Source: Octopus sinensis
Lineage: Eukaryota
Assembly (NCBI RefSeq): GCF_006345805.1
Contig: NC_043011.1
Coordinates: 23,324,464 to 23,388,463 of the forward strand
DNA: 64,000 nucleotides
Direction: 5' to 3'
Shown here: in pieces, positions 37,414-51,185 of the stretch
Layout of the letters: each line of letters starts with the position of its first letter
How positions within the stretch are numbered: the first letter of the stretch is position 1
The notes under the pieces: generated by a model
Told to the model about the DNA's origin: nothing
Seen by the model: the letters and a program-made list of their open reading frames with translations, nothing else
The model's database searches: none
Position numbers and translations under genes: made by a program

Positions 37414-40150
37414 TTTGGTATTGGCAACATAAATGACAATGGCCAGAGACTACTTAAATTTTGCACATGCCATAACCTGTGCATCACTAACACATTCTTC
37501 GCCAACAAGACATCCCACAAGGCATCTTGGAGACATCCAAGATCTCACCACTGGCATCAGCTGGATCTCATCATTACACGAAGACCCTTTCTGAATTCTG
37601 TTCAACCGACTCGTAGTTACCACAGCGCAGATTGTGACACAGATCATTCACTAATAAGAAGCAGGGTGAGGATTCTGCCTAAAAAGTACATCACTTCAAG
37701 AAAATGGGCCGACCAGCATTAACACTGCCAGAACCTCCGACCCTACACTGCGACAATGTTTTGCTGTTTCTATCAAAGTTGCCCTCAGTATCTGCCCAAC
37801 CACCTCTGCTAAAAGTAGGTGGAATTATATCAGGGAAGCTTTGTATACCACATCAATAGATACTTTCGGCATGAGAGAAAGGCAAAACCCAGATTTTGTT
37901 CAGTGCTGGGCTCTCGGAGCTGGAAACAGTTATCGAAACAAAGCGTGCAGCTCTGATGTAATACAAGAGTGATTCTTCTATAAAGTCACTCGAAGAACTC
38001 AGAAAGGCAAGAAATAAAACCCAACTTACTGCCAGACGCTGTGCAAATAGGTATTGGCAGGAAATCTGTCAGAGTATCCAGTCAGCTGCTGACAGTGGCG
38101 ACACCCGTGGGATGTATACCGGTTTGAAGAAGGCCCTCGGTCCATCCGCAACCAAGTCAGCCCCTCTGAAATCAACTACTGGGGATCTCATCAAGGACCA
38201 AAGCAAGCAAATGGATAGATGGGTGGAGTACTACCAGAATCTCTACTCACGAGAGACCACGGTAGCTGAGGCTGCAATCGAGGGTGTCAAGATCTTGCCA
38301 ACCATGTGTGAACTTGACAGTCTGCCATCTGTAGCAGAGCTCACCAAGGCTATTGACTCCCTAGCAAGTAACAAGGCTCCGGGAAAAGACGGCATCCCCT
38401 TAGAGATCATCAAAACCGGCAAAAACACCATCCTGCTTCGGCACATTCATGAGCTTCTGTGTCAGTGCTGGGAAGAGGGTACAGTCCCTCAGGATATGCG
38501 GGATGCTAACATCATTACGCTTTACAAAAACAAAGGTGGCCGTGGTGATTGTAACAATTACCGTGGAATATCTCTTCTAAGCACTGTTGGAAAGGCCTCT
38601 GCTCGCATTATCCTGTCCAGGCTGCAACTGCTTGCTTCTCGAATTTATCCAGAATCGCAGTGTCGCTTTAGAAGAAGCAGATCAACTATTAACATGATAT
38701 TCTCCATACGCCAACTTCAGGAGAAGTCCAGAGAGCAGAAAATGCCATTATATATGGCCTTCATTGATCTGACAAAGGCCTTTGACTTGGTAAGTAGAAA
38801 AGGCCTCTTCATCTTGCTCCAAAACATCGGATGTCCACCAAAGCTGCTGAGGATCATCACTTCTTTCCATGATGATATACAAGGCACCATACAGCACAAT
38901 GGTTCAACATCAGCCGCCCTCCAAATATAAAATGGGGTAAAGCAAAGTTGTATCCTTGCTCCTACATTATTTGGCATCTTCTTCTCGCTGCTGCTGTCAC
39001 ATGCCTTTGTGACATCTGATGATGGAGTGTTTCTGCACAGTAGAAGTAATGGGAAACTGTTCAATCTCTCGCGTCTGCGTGCCAAGACCAAAATCAGAAG
39101 CGTCCTGATCAAGGAGGTGCTATTTGCTGATGATGCCGCTCTGGTATCACACACAGAAGAAGCCCTACAAAGGCTCATCAACTGTTTTGAGCAAGCATGT
39201 GGCAACTTTGGCTTATTTATCAGCCTCAAGAAGACCAACATCATGGGTCAGGCTACATCGACCATACCAAACATACATATTGGAGACCACAGACTACAGG
39301 AGGTGGAGAAGTTTACCTATCTGGGCTCTACCGTCACCTACAACCTATCCCTTGATACTGAGCTCAATATACGCATTGGTAAGGCAGCTGCTGTGATGGC
39401 CCAACTCTCCAAACGGGCATGGGACAACAATAAGCTGACCAAGACCACAAAAATGAAGATTTACCAGGCATGTGTACTTAGCACTCTACTGTATGGAAGT
39501 GAGACTTGGACGCCATACACACGCCATACGACGCCATACGTCGCCTAAATATCTTTCACCTGCGCTGCCTCCGGAAAATCCTTCGCATCAAATGGCAGAA
39601 TCATGTCCCCAACAAAGATGTCTTCAAGTAAGCAGGAATACCAAGCATGTTTACACTCCTCACGCAAAGAAGTATGAGATGGCTTCGACATGTTAGCCGT
39701 ATGGAAGATGGCAGAATCCCCAAGGACATACTCAAAGGAGAGCTTGCTAGGGGCACTAGGTCTGTGGGAAGACCGTTCTTACGATAAAAGGATGTTTGCA
39801 AAAGGGATATGAATGCCTGCAACATCAATATTACCAACTGGGAAGCAGTTGCCAGTAACCGTGGAGATTGGCAACAACGTACCGTAAAAGAGGGAACACA
39901 AAGGAGTGACATAGAGGGAGAGGAGAAATGGAAAGAGAAGAAAAGACGTCAACAAGAGAGTATGACATTACAACCAGCCAGGCAAAGTCTTCGCTACATT
40001 TGCGGCACCTGCCAGAGGGAGTGTTTGTCCAGGATAGGACTACACAGCCACAGCAGGAGATGTATTAGGGCATGAAATGTAAAAGCCAGACTAGATTATT
40101 TTATGCGCAACTCCATTGTCTCCCGAGACAAAAAGGATGCCAACAACAAT
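37414..40150 (+). mobile_element. RTE-clade (BovB-like) LINE, 5'-truncated APE-RT pseudogene with a C-terminal C2H2 finger and (CAA)n tail
   Basis: NDNGQRLLKFC, WRHPRSHHWHQLDLII, CDTDH, KAPGKDGIP, NYRGISLLS, FIDLTKAFD, LFADD, FTYLGS, LLYGSETW, CGTCQRECLSRIGLHSHSRRC. Confidence 0.96.
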
Positions 40151-40190
40151 AAATATGGATTTCGTAGACAGGAACTGAAACAAATCAATC

Positions 40191-40241
<51 letters not shown>

Positions 40242-40448
40242 AGTGTATGCGTATGTCTTTGTGTCTGTGTTTCAATGCTTCACAACTGCTGTTCATTTAT
40301 TTACATCCACAAAACTTACTGGTTTCACAAGAACAAACTAATAGAATAAGTACTAGGCTTATCAACATAAAAAAGCACTAGGCTATGTCTCATATTTTTG
40401 CTTGCCCACTCAGTTGTATCTATCAATTTATCTTTGTGTGTGTGTGTG

Positions 40449-40545
<97 letters not shown>

Positions 40546-41320
40546 CACCCTAATGGGAGCCTTAACTCCCAAATTTTAGTCATTTCTTTTATGATCCAAA
40601 ACTAAGTCAAAAGTACGTTATGAAATTTGGAAATTATATTCTAAGCATAAGGGCCAAAACCCCCATGACAATTCATATATTTTTGCTGTTGGTGAAATTT
40701 TAACCATAGATATTTGACACAAATGAAGTAATATTCATAAAATTTCATCTTCTTACAAAGTTAGAAAGACCCCTCCATGGGGACTTAACATCCACAATTT
40801 CGTCATTTTATCTAAGTAAAAACGAATACAGTTGTGCTCTTGGAAGCTGTAGGGTTACCCGAGCATAAAAGTTGGGCATTATTTCTAATTCAATGGTACA
40901 ACAGTGTAACAGTTTGCTTTGACATACACTTACATTGTGATTTCTGCAATGTGCTGCATAAATTGTTAAGTAAATGAGAGGAATCTTTGTCTCCACTGAT
41001 TCAGTTGCAAAGTGTTGAGTAAAGTTATTTGATTGCAGACCTCCTTTCAGTCTTTTTATTATCACTCGGTCACACATAGTCCCCAGATGGTAACATTGAT
41101 TAAGGCCTTCCCAGATGAGTGACTGGTTATTCAAAGACATTTATAGATTGTAAATTCTTCTGTCCAGTTACGTATCAGTATAGTGGTCATTTACAATTTT
41201 TTTAGGGTGTGTAAAGAGGGAAATAACCCACATCTGCAATTTTGATGACATTCGAAACATAGATATTCCAGTTCATTCAGAAAATATAACAGAAAAGTCT
41301 AATTCTTCAATTGAATGTAA

Positions 41321-41347
41321 CCGGGCAACGCCGGGTATCTCTGCTAG
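41321..41347 (+). mobile_element. Possible Helitron-type 3' terminus
   Basis: GC-rich hairpin ccgggcaacgccggg, 8 nt upstream of CTAG followed by T. Confidence 0.45.
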
Positions 41348-41355
41348 TGTGTATA

Positions 41356-41464
41356 ATAGTGGTTTTAACTCTAATTTATATTTTATATATTTATATTGTG
41401 AAATTTGATTTAATACTAAATTCAATTTTTCCCTGTAAGTTTTGAGTTATGCTCCCTATATATA

Positions 41465-41524
<60 letters not shown>

Positions 41525-41828
41525 ATATATTTAAAAAAAGGGAGATGTCGAACACGAGTGGTGATATATAAAAAAGGAAATGAAGAAAATGCTGACAAAT
41601 AATTGAAGTAATTTAAGTAATTTAATTAGGTGAAAGTTCTTTTTACCGGTTGCGCATTTGTTATGCTTATCAAAATATGCGCAACATAACAATGCGCAAC
41701 CGGTAAAAAGAACTTTCACCTAATTAAATTACTTAAATTACTTCAATTATTTGTCAGCATTTTCTTCATTTCCTTTTATATATATATATATATATATATA
41801 TCTATATATATATATATATATATATCTA

Positions 41829-41863
<35 letters not shown>

Positions 41864-42569
41864 TAGGGAGCATAACTCAAAACTTACAGGGAAAAATTGA
41901 ATTTAGTATTAAATCAAATTTCACAATATAAATATATAAAATATAAATTAGAGTTAAAACCACTATTAGGCAACTCAGACAGTAATAGACATAAACCAAT
42001 ACATAAATAACAAATAAAATATATTTTTACAAAAACATATAACTAGATCTCAAAAGTATAAAAATGAATAATCATATTGATTATTCATCTTTATCATATT
42101 GATTATTGATTATTCATCTTATCATATTGATTATTGATTATTCATCCTATCATATTGATTATTGATTATTCATCTTAATCATATTGATTATTGATTATTC
42201 ATCTTTATCATATTGATTATTGATTATTCATCTTTATCATATTGATTATTGATTATTCATCTTATCATATTGATTATTGATTATTCATCTTATCATATTG
42301 ATTATTGATTATTCATCTTTATCATATTGATTATTGATTATTCATCTTATCATATGATTATTGATTATTCATTTTTATGCTTTTTATGATCTAGTTATAT
42401 GTTTTATAAAAATATTTTTTATTTGTTATTTATGTTTTGGTTTATGTCTATCACTGTTTGAGTTGCATAATAGTGGTTTTATCTCTAATTTATATTTTAT
42501 ATATTTATATTGTGAAATTTGATTTAATACTAAATTCAATTTTTCCCTGTAAGTTTTGAGTTATGCTCC

Positions 42570-42635
<66 letters not shown>

Positions 42636-42889
42636 ATATTATATATTTAAAAAAAGGGAGATGTCGAACACGAGTGGTGATATATAAAAAAGGAAATGAA
42701 GAAAATGCTGACAAATAATTGAAGTAATTTAAGTAATTTAATTAGGTGAAAGTTCTTTTTACCGGTTGCGCATTTGTTATGCTGATCAAAATATGCGCAA
42801 CATAACAAATGCGCAACCGGTAAAAAGAACTTTCACCTAATTAAATTACTTAAATTACTTCAATTATTTGTCAGCATTTTCTTCATTTC

Positions 42890-42979
<90 letters not shown>

Positions 42980-43617
42980 TAGGGAGCATAACTCAAAACT
43001 TACAGGGAAAAATTGAATTTAGTATTAAATCAAATTTCACAATATAAATATATAAAATATAAATTAGAGTTAAAACCACTATTAGGCAACTCAGACAGTA
43101 ATAGACATAAACCAATACATAAATAACAAATAAAATATATTTTTACAAAAACATATAACTAGATCTCAAAAGTATAAAAATGAATAATCATATTGATTAT
43201 TCATCTTTATCATATTGATTATTGATTATTCATCTTATCATATTGATTATTGATTATTCATCCTATCATATTGATTATTGATTATTCATCTTAATCATAT
43301 TGATTATTGATTATTCATCTTTATCATATTGATTATTGATTATTCATCTTTATCATATTGATTATTGATTATTCATCTTATCATATTGATTATTGATTAT
43401 TCATCTTATCATATTGATTATTGATTATTCATCTTTATCATATTGATTATTGATTATTCATCTTATCATATTGATTATTGATTATTCATTTTTATGCTTT
43501 TTATGATCTAGTTATATGTTTTATAAAAATATTTTTTATTTGTTATTTATGTTTTGGTTTATGTCTATCACTGTTTGAGTTGCATAATAGTGGTTTTATC
43601 TCTAATTTATATTTTAT
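41356..43617. repeat. 1116-bp tandem duplication built of two foldbacks separated by (TA)n, one with a 28/29-bp minisatellite loop
   Basis: Anchors at 41531/42647 and 41862/42978. Palindromes at 41572-41777 and 42688-42894. Inverted arms 41863-42075 / 42360-42573. Minisatellite atcatattgattattgattattcatctt repeated about ten times. Confidence 0.93.
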
Positions 43618-43791
43618 ACATAAACATATATATATATATATATGTTTATGTGGGCACAGGACGTCATGAAACGTGTACAACTTAACGTACGAAACACGAG
43701 TACATGGAACATAAACTATTCTTTCGAACAACGAAAGACACAAATGGAAAACAAAACAAACAAAAAGAACAACCCTTCATCAGTTGTTCGC

Positions 43792-43834
<43 letters not shown>

Positions 43835-43837
<3 letters not shown>

Positions 43838-44051
43838 TTCACTAATGCCCACAAGGGGCTAAACACAGAGGGGACAAACGGATTATGTCGATTACATCGA
43901 GCCCAGGGCGTAACTGGTACTTAATTTATCGACCCCGAAAGGATGAAAGGCAAAGTCGACCTCGGCGGAATTTGAACTCAGAACGTAACAGCAGACGAAA
44001 TACGGCTACGCATTTCGCCCGGCGTGCTAACGAGTCTGCCAGCTCGCCGCC
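43835..44051 (-). mobile_element. SINE family A
   Basis: Reverse complement homolog of 13027-13258. Confidence 0.9.
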
Positions 44052-44052
44052 T

Positions 44053-44113
<61 letters not shown>

Positions 44114-44366
44114 CGATAAAATAAGTACCAGTTGAACACTGGGTTGTAATCGACTTACGCCCTGCCTCTAAATTACCGCGTGTGCGCCAAAATTTGAAAT
44201 CATTTTTTCTGTTTCTCCCCCATTATGTTAAACTTGTTTACACGTAAAACCCTCACAACAGGACACACTGACACACATACACACACACATACTTTGTTTT
44301 GTCCTGTACTGTCCCTAATGTTTTTCTCAATGATCAATAAAGAAATCATCTTCATTATTATTGTTA

Positions 44367-44421
<55 letters not shown>

Positions 44422-44999
44422 CATCATTATTATCATCATCGATATTATTATTATTATTATGATTATTGTTGTTGTTGTTGTTGTTGTAACCAGAGCTGGG
44501 CGTGCATTTCGGCGCTCCGTAAGTGTGTGCCTTGTTTACCCCTAAAAATATTGTTACTGTTATATTTTATTGTTATAACTTGTGATTAAGTTAATCTAGA
44601 CGATATTGGTCTGATTAACAGTGTTATTCTATTATAATTTCTTTCCTGTGGGGCGAAAATCACACGAAAAGAAAATTAATTTTCCTTTCAAAATTTGCGA
44701 AATTTAATATCGCGTCGTCGTCTTTGTCAGCGAGTCAACAAGAGGGGGGAATGAGAAGAGATGTGAATGATAGTGGTAGTAGCAGGAGGAGTAGCAAGCA
44801 ACAGCGATGACAACAACAACAACAACCACAGTGGCAGTATCAGGAGTAATGAGAATTCGATCAAGGAAGCACGAAATATAACTAGCAGCAGCCAACTGTG
44901 CAAGGAAAAATATCTCCACCACCACCACCACCACCACTACGACCACTACACAAATCAGTAAAATTTCGAACAAAGAATGAGAAGGTTCAAATAGAAATA

Positions 45000-47630
45000 A
45001 CGTTTCCGTCGCAAAAGTGACAAATAAGTTTGAAATTATGTCGTTAAAAGATAAGGAAGAACGTTTAAAGGAAGCCTCAAAACCTGCTAGAGGTGACCGA
45101 AAAAATAATAATCATGTACAGATACATGTCTGTCCATGAAAATAAGAAGACTGGAAAAAATACCACCAACCAAGCCGAGCTCTGCCTGAAAAATATATGG
45201 GGGGATATCAGCTTTGCCTGCCACGCCCCAAAGTTCAGCTACATCATGGTCATATACTAGTCGGAATCATGAGCGCAAAAACACTCAACTGTCCCGTTAA
45301 AAACGGTGGTCACTTTAATTCCTATCTATCTGGGTCAGAGAGGGATCCACATATAAATACGTAACATACCACCAGAAATCGATTTCTGGTGGGTTGTGAA
45401 AGCCGTGGTACTGGAAGATCCTAGAAGTCTCCTAGAAATCCAAAAATCCAAAATGGAGAACTGGGCTGGGATAGGGTTGGAAATTCTACTGCAAGTAAAA
45501 CCAGAAACTGTAGAGAAAATTCCCAATCTAATAGAAATCCTTGGAGTCCGGCATCTGCTGGTGATCGTGGAAGGAAGAAGGCCACGATATTATTTCTGTG
45601 GTGATTCAGGTCACATCAGAGTCTGTTGCCTGAAGGAAAGAGGGAAAGAGGGGGAAATGAGCCTTAGCAACCGTTAACACCACTACAACCACGACAACAA
45701 CATACACCACAACAAGGGCAGCAGCAGCAGCAGTAACAGCAGCAGTAACAGCAGCAGAAACAGCAACAACACCAACAAAGACAATTGGACACAACAACAT
45801 CCACAAAAACCGCTACAGCACCGAGAGCAGCAGCAGCAGCAACAACAACCACATCACAAACAGCAACAACAACGGCAGCAACAAAAATAATGACAACACG
45901 ATTAACAACGCCAACAGTAAAAAAAAAAATACCTGCGGAAGAAATACTCCTCCCCTATTCGAACAACGAATACGACGGAAATAAGGAGGGAAAAGCATGG
46001 CAAACAGTCACACGAAAAGGAAGGAAAAGCCGGAAGAACACAAACGATAATCTAATAAACAGGCATGTATGAGAAAATGAAGAAGGAAACGAACAGTAGC
46101 AACAGCACACCTTACGTAAACTCACCTACACACACATACACACACACGCACATACACACACACACACACAACAATAACATCATCACCACCACTACCACCA
46201 CAACCTCCACAACCACCACAAATACAACATAGCCTGCATACACAACAGATGGACTGCATTCCACCAAATGATCATAAACCAGACATTATAAATTTCTCGG
46301 CTAAGGTGGCGAGCTGGCAGAATCGTTAGCATGCTGGGCGAAATGCTTAGCAGTATTTCGTCTGCCGCTACGTTCTGAGTTCAAATTCCGCCGAGGTCAA
46401 CTTTGCCTTTCATCCTTTCGGGGTCGATTAAATAAGTACCAGTTATGCACTGGGGTCGATATAATCGACTTAATCCGTTTGTCTGTCCTTGTTTGTCCTC
46501 TCTGTGTGTAGCCCCTTGTGGGCAGTAAAGAAATAGGTATTTCGTCTGTTGCTACGTTCTGAGTTCGAATTCCGCCGACGTCGACTTCGCCTTTCATCAT
46601 TTCGGGGTCGATAAATTAAGTACGAGTGAAACACACGGGTCGATGAAATCGACTTACTCCCACCCCACAAATTTCAGGCCTTGTGCCTATAGTAGAAAGG
46701 ATTATAAATCTCACGGCTATAAGCACAAAAATGACGAATTAATAGAACACATCCACAAACACATGGATATTAATGAATCCAATTATGTCACACCAACCAC
46801 AAATATACCGGTACACATAAAAATATTCAAAGCTACTCAAAGCGACTACAAAATTTTAAAATCTAGAGATCCCCAGTTTGTAGGGGACTTTCAAAAGGAC
46901 CTCAACATTAGACTTTACAAGGAACTGCTGGGGAAAAAACCCACATCCAACGAGAGGACCGGAGTAGGCGCTCCCACTTCCCTACAAATCCTTGGCAAGT
47001 AGCTCTCTCCTGCTGTCACACATTCCCGTCGTCCAATATGGTATTGCTTAGAGTGGGCAGTACGCAGCCTGGGGTCGTCATGGAAGCAAGGTCGTTTGCT
47101 CAATGACCTCAGGGGGGGGGCGAAAAATTAGACGTAATAGCTGCCATTGGGACCACGATTTCGGACACGCGCCTTAGCGCCAATTTTTTATGTTTATGAG
47201 ATCTTTGCATCTCTTAGTCGACCGGGAATGGGGGGAACAGGTGTTGTTCAGAAAAAGCCTGGATCTCGAGATATGATCGGTCTTCCTGGACCCGGAAGGT
47301 GGATGGTGGTCCTGGACGTGAATGCTAACGAAGGTATTGCCTTTAGACTGGTCGCTATGTACGCACCAACCGGAGCGCGGCTCAGCCGGATTTCTTTAGA
47401 CGTTTGGGAAGTCTCGCTCTTTAGTGTTAATGGGCGACTGGAATACCATCTTGGATACACGTGTGAATTGGATGGGGCTAGCCGACAGGGAAATGGGGCG
47501 TGTAAGCCTCGTGAACCTGCTCAGTCGTTCAGATTGAATTTTCCGAATGCTCCAATGTAGCGTTGGATCATCCAGATCTTATATAGATGGGGTATTTTGT
47601 AGACCAGCAGATAAGGATAGCATAGGTCCT
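45000..47630 (+). mobile_element. Degraded L1/Tx1-like LINE 5' portion (ORF1 with CCHC remnant, CAG/CAA-rich linker, APE start), interrupted by a SINE
   Basis: IRNIPPEID and LVIVEGRRPRYYFCGDSGHIRVC. APE-like VRSL..GRLLNDL, GRWMVVLDV..FRLVAMYAPT and RSYIDGVFCR. Confidence 0.7.
46304..46703 (+). mobile_element. Dimeric SINE family A
   Basis: Full unit 46304-46537 followed by a second B-box/core. Confidence 0.9.
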
Positions 47631-47949
47631 GGTGGGCAACCCCTGGTACGCATGCCAAACATAGCACATCAATATCTTGTTTCTGGCACGCTAAACCCTC
47701 TCTCTAGTAACCCTCCATTTAACTACTTGCTTCTGGCACGCGAGACCCTCTCTCTAGTAACCTTCCATTTAACGACTTTCTCTCAATAGTATATAGCAAT
47801 TTTACATTGCTCAGATACATTTTGCATTACAGATTAGTCCTACCTTTATTTAATGATCTCCTACCAGACCCAACCATTACATATATCTGGTCAGATAAGA
47901 AATCATTGTAAGAATAGATAAGTTTTCTAGTATTTTTCTTTGTTAAGGA

Positions 47950-48615
47950 TAGAATACTTAAGTTGGAGAAGAATACTTCTGAACAATTGACAAAAGAGAT
48001 GTCTTCATGTAAGTTTTTTTCTATTTGTATTGATGAAAGTACGGGCATTACACTTTTAGCTTGATTAGCCATTTTTTCTCGAATTTGTAAATGTGATGAA
48101 ATATGTGAAGAGATGGTTGCTCTTCTAACACTGCCTGAGCGTACTACCGGGGTTGAAATATGTAAATCAGCAGTGAACGAATTCTCTTCTCGACACATTG
48201 ACATTTCAAAAGTAGTATCCGTCACAACAGCTGGTGCTCCCAGCATGACTGGTGAGAAGGCAGGATTTGTAAATCTGTTTGTAAAGGAAGTTGATCATAC
48301 ACTGATAGGTTTTCATTGCGTCGTACGTGAGGAGGTTTTTATGTGCAAAAGCTGGCGTGAAGGAACTTCAGGAAGTGATGCAGACATTTAACAAGGTTGA
48401 TATTTACATTTCTGCTCGGACTTTAAATAAGAGACACTTTCAAGTTTTACTGAATGAAGTAGAATCTGTGTATAAAGAACTGAAAATGTGCAACGATGTT
48501 CGATGGTTTAGTCAAGGTTTGGTTCTGAAACGATTTGTTGAATGCTTAAATGAGATAAAGCTCTTTTTGAATGACCAACATGTTTCTTATCAAGAATTGT
48601 CTGACATCATGTAGG
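47950..48615 (+). mobile_element. hAT transposase remnant (Charlie/Spin, GTF2IRD2-like)
   Basis: FSICIDESTGIT, LPERTTGVEI, SVTTAGAPSMTG, FHCVVREE, DVRWFSQGLVLKRF. Confidence 0.88.
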
Positions 48616-48947
48616 TTTGTAGACTAGTATTCTGTATGCATCCTTCAAAGGAAAAAATTTTAACCTAAGTTCTATAAGCTCATAATAACCCTGAAGAGGT
48701 ACTGCCCCACATAGTTAAAAAATGATACCTTCCTTATCTTTTAACCAAATGCTTAGAATTCCTTTTCAACTAGGGGATAGTCCTGAAACATATGTAGGTG
48801 TTTTCGCATTTTTTGAGCTTTACAATTTATAATTATTTTATTTGTATTGTTATGTTTTTAAAAATAATTTTCAAACATTTTCATATCATACAAATAAATT
48901 ATTCATATATCCACATTTTCTCCATTTTCTTTCCTTCAACACACACA

Positions 48948-49059
<112 letters not shown>

Positions 49060-49789
49060 TAATGTAGACAGCAGTTTGAAATGTTTCACCAAAAAAGAAA
49101 ATTATAATCGTTACTAAATGTGACTAGGGTGTTAGAAACACCTAAATTGCTAGAAATAAGAGCTAAAATGCTCTAATGTTGTAGTCAAAGCACATGATTG
49201 TATACATATATACTAACAAAGACTGTAATCGTCCGAAAACGCCGTTCGAGTGACGACCAGTGTTTGTCTACATCCCAGTAACTTAGCGCTTCGCCAGCAG
49301 GAGATGGTGATAGAATAGATACTAGACTTTAAAAGATTAACTACTAGGGTCTATTTGTTCAACTAAATCCTCAACTGCTAGAAATTCCAGTCAAATCTCC
49401 TTCGTCCCATTCCTTACAGTCATATGAAAGGAGGACATGATAGATAACGTCCTAAGAGTACTTACTGTGTATGTACAATAACTGATGGAGTGGTCATGGG
49501 TTTGCAGCATTCAACCTATACAGAGAGAAAATAATATTAAAACGTAAGTACATAATATACACTAGATACATAGATTGTATACTGATTGTAATGGCTACTT
49601 TAAAGGAAGAGGAGATTCTAAAGGAAAGCCTAGAAAGCAGCTTTGTACTAAAATTTAACATCCTAAATAATGTAAATGCGATCCCGTTTTTGCCATTACA
49701 AAATGAAAGTTACTAATTCCTGATGAGGTGTCTATGTTGTATGAGTTGTTTTATTCTATTTGATAGTGATTGTGTTATGTATGATAGAA

Positions 49790-51185
49790 CCGCACAGTGA
49801 TGCACCAGCCCAGCGTTCGATCCTCTGAAGAGGAGAAGTTGGTAAAAAAAAATCAAACTTACTGTTTTCAATTCGGTTTTCATGCCTATGGCTGTCCTCA
49901 TTTGTGACCATGAATGTCGGGAGATTACCAAAAGAGTTGGTAGTCCATCAGTGTCCGACGATGACAAAGTCTGTGTCCTCAGCGATGAGAGCGAATATGA
50001 CTCCGTAGTCCAAAGCTGGAAGCACACTGGCGCCCACAGATTTCACAACGATATTCTGTTGATTGGATTGAGGCGGATGCTGTCCCGTGACGTCTTTCTC
50101 TTACAGTAGCGAGTCTCTGTCTCCAGTCCTTTTCAAAGGCAGCTGCTGCTCGTGAGGCGAGAGATCTCCGCGCTGATCTGTCTGCGGCAGACTCTTCATG
50201 ATCGCGCGGACTAATGCTACTCCATTTGAGGTTGCATTTTAGGATGTCCTTGTTCCTCTGTTTAGGCCTTCCTTGTTTGCGTGAGCCACGTGTGAGTTCG
50301 CCATATAACAGCTGTCTGGGTACACGGCTGGACTGACCATCAACCTTGGGTAAACAATGAACCAAGTCCAAGCAGTCCCGAGCAGAAATAACCCCCAGCC
50401 AAACATCACCATTTAGGAAGTCCAGCTGAAGTGCGTGGAGAGCTTCAAGTACCTTGGCAGCACAATCTCGGCAGATGGATCACCGGACAGCGAAGTCCCA
50501 TCCTGAATCCACAAAGCCAACCAAACACTTGGAAGAATGAAAGTGAAAGTCCTCCAGCAGAAAGGTATTAGACTGTCAACAAAGCTCAAGGTCTATAAGG
50601 CTGTAGTAGTCTCTATGGATGTGACACATGAACTCCATACCGCTGGCACATCAAACACCTGGAACAATTTAATACAAGGGCACTGCGCAGGATCATGGGC
50701 ATTTGCTGATAGGATAGAGTGACAAACCAAGAAGTGTTGGGCAGCTGATTCAACAAGCGTTGAGTCAATGTTGCTGAAGGCTCAGTTATGCTGGATTGGC
50801 TACCAAAAGAGTACGATCGCGAAGACAGGTGGTCGGAATGAGGTTCCTCTGAAAGGTCTGTGGAGCGACGCTACTCGACAGAGTGCGTAGTTCGTGTGGT
50901 CAGGAAGTTTGTGCAGGTTGAATCGCTAATTCTCCGCATCGACAGGTCACATTCCGGTATGGCCGAATTGTGATTAGAATGTCGCAAGGAAGAATCGTAA
51001 GACAAATTCTTCAAGCCGAAGCAACTTGCAGGAAACCTAGGGGCAGACTAAGAACGAGATGGTTGGATTGTGTACATTGTCTCAGTTGGCCACGCTTGGG
51101 AATCCAGCTAGAAATGAGAGTTGCTCCCGATACGACCCAATGGAAAAGAGGCTCGAGAACTCTAACACCCACGACCCCCTAGGAA
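49790..51185 (+). mobile_element. Old RTE (Rex3/Expander-like) LINE 3' fragment hosting a younger RTE insertion
   Basis: KIKLTVFNSVFMP..L.C.HEC.EITK|RVRSR.QVVGMRFL.KVCGATLLDRVRS, then IRMSQGRIVRQIL...KPRGRLRTRWLD. Confidence 0.75.
49938..50800 (-). mobile_element. RTE LINE insertion with 5' inversion and 12-bp TSD
   Basis: Minus-strand 3' part RVPRQLLYGEL..G.RKQGRPK...CEICGRQCASSFGLRSHIRSH. Plus-strand upstream part VESFKYLGS...TKLKVYKAVV...LLKAQLCWIG. TACCAAAAGAGT at 49926-49937 and 50801-50812. Confidence 0.9.

Noticed and set aside
40808-41140. 110-aa ORF as Helitron Rep/helicase
   Set aside because: No HUH or helicase motifs are recognisable.
42070-42372. 28/29-bp repeat array as CRISPR
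   Set aside because: The units are contiguous with no unique spacers, so it is an ordinary minisatellite.
47675-47780. 51-bp tandem duplication
   Set aside because: A simple two-copy local duplication with no further structure.
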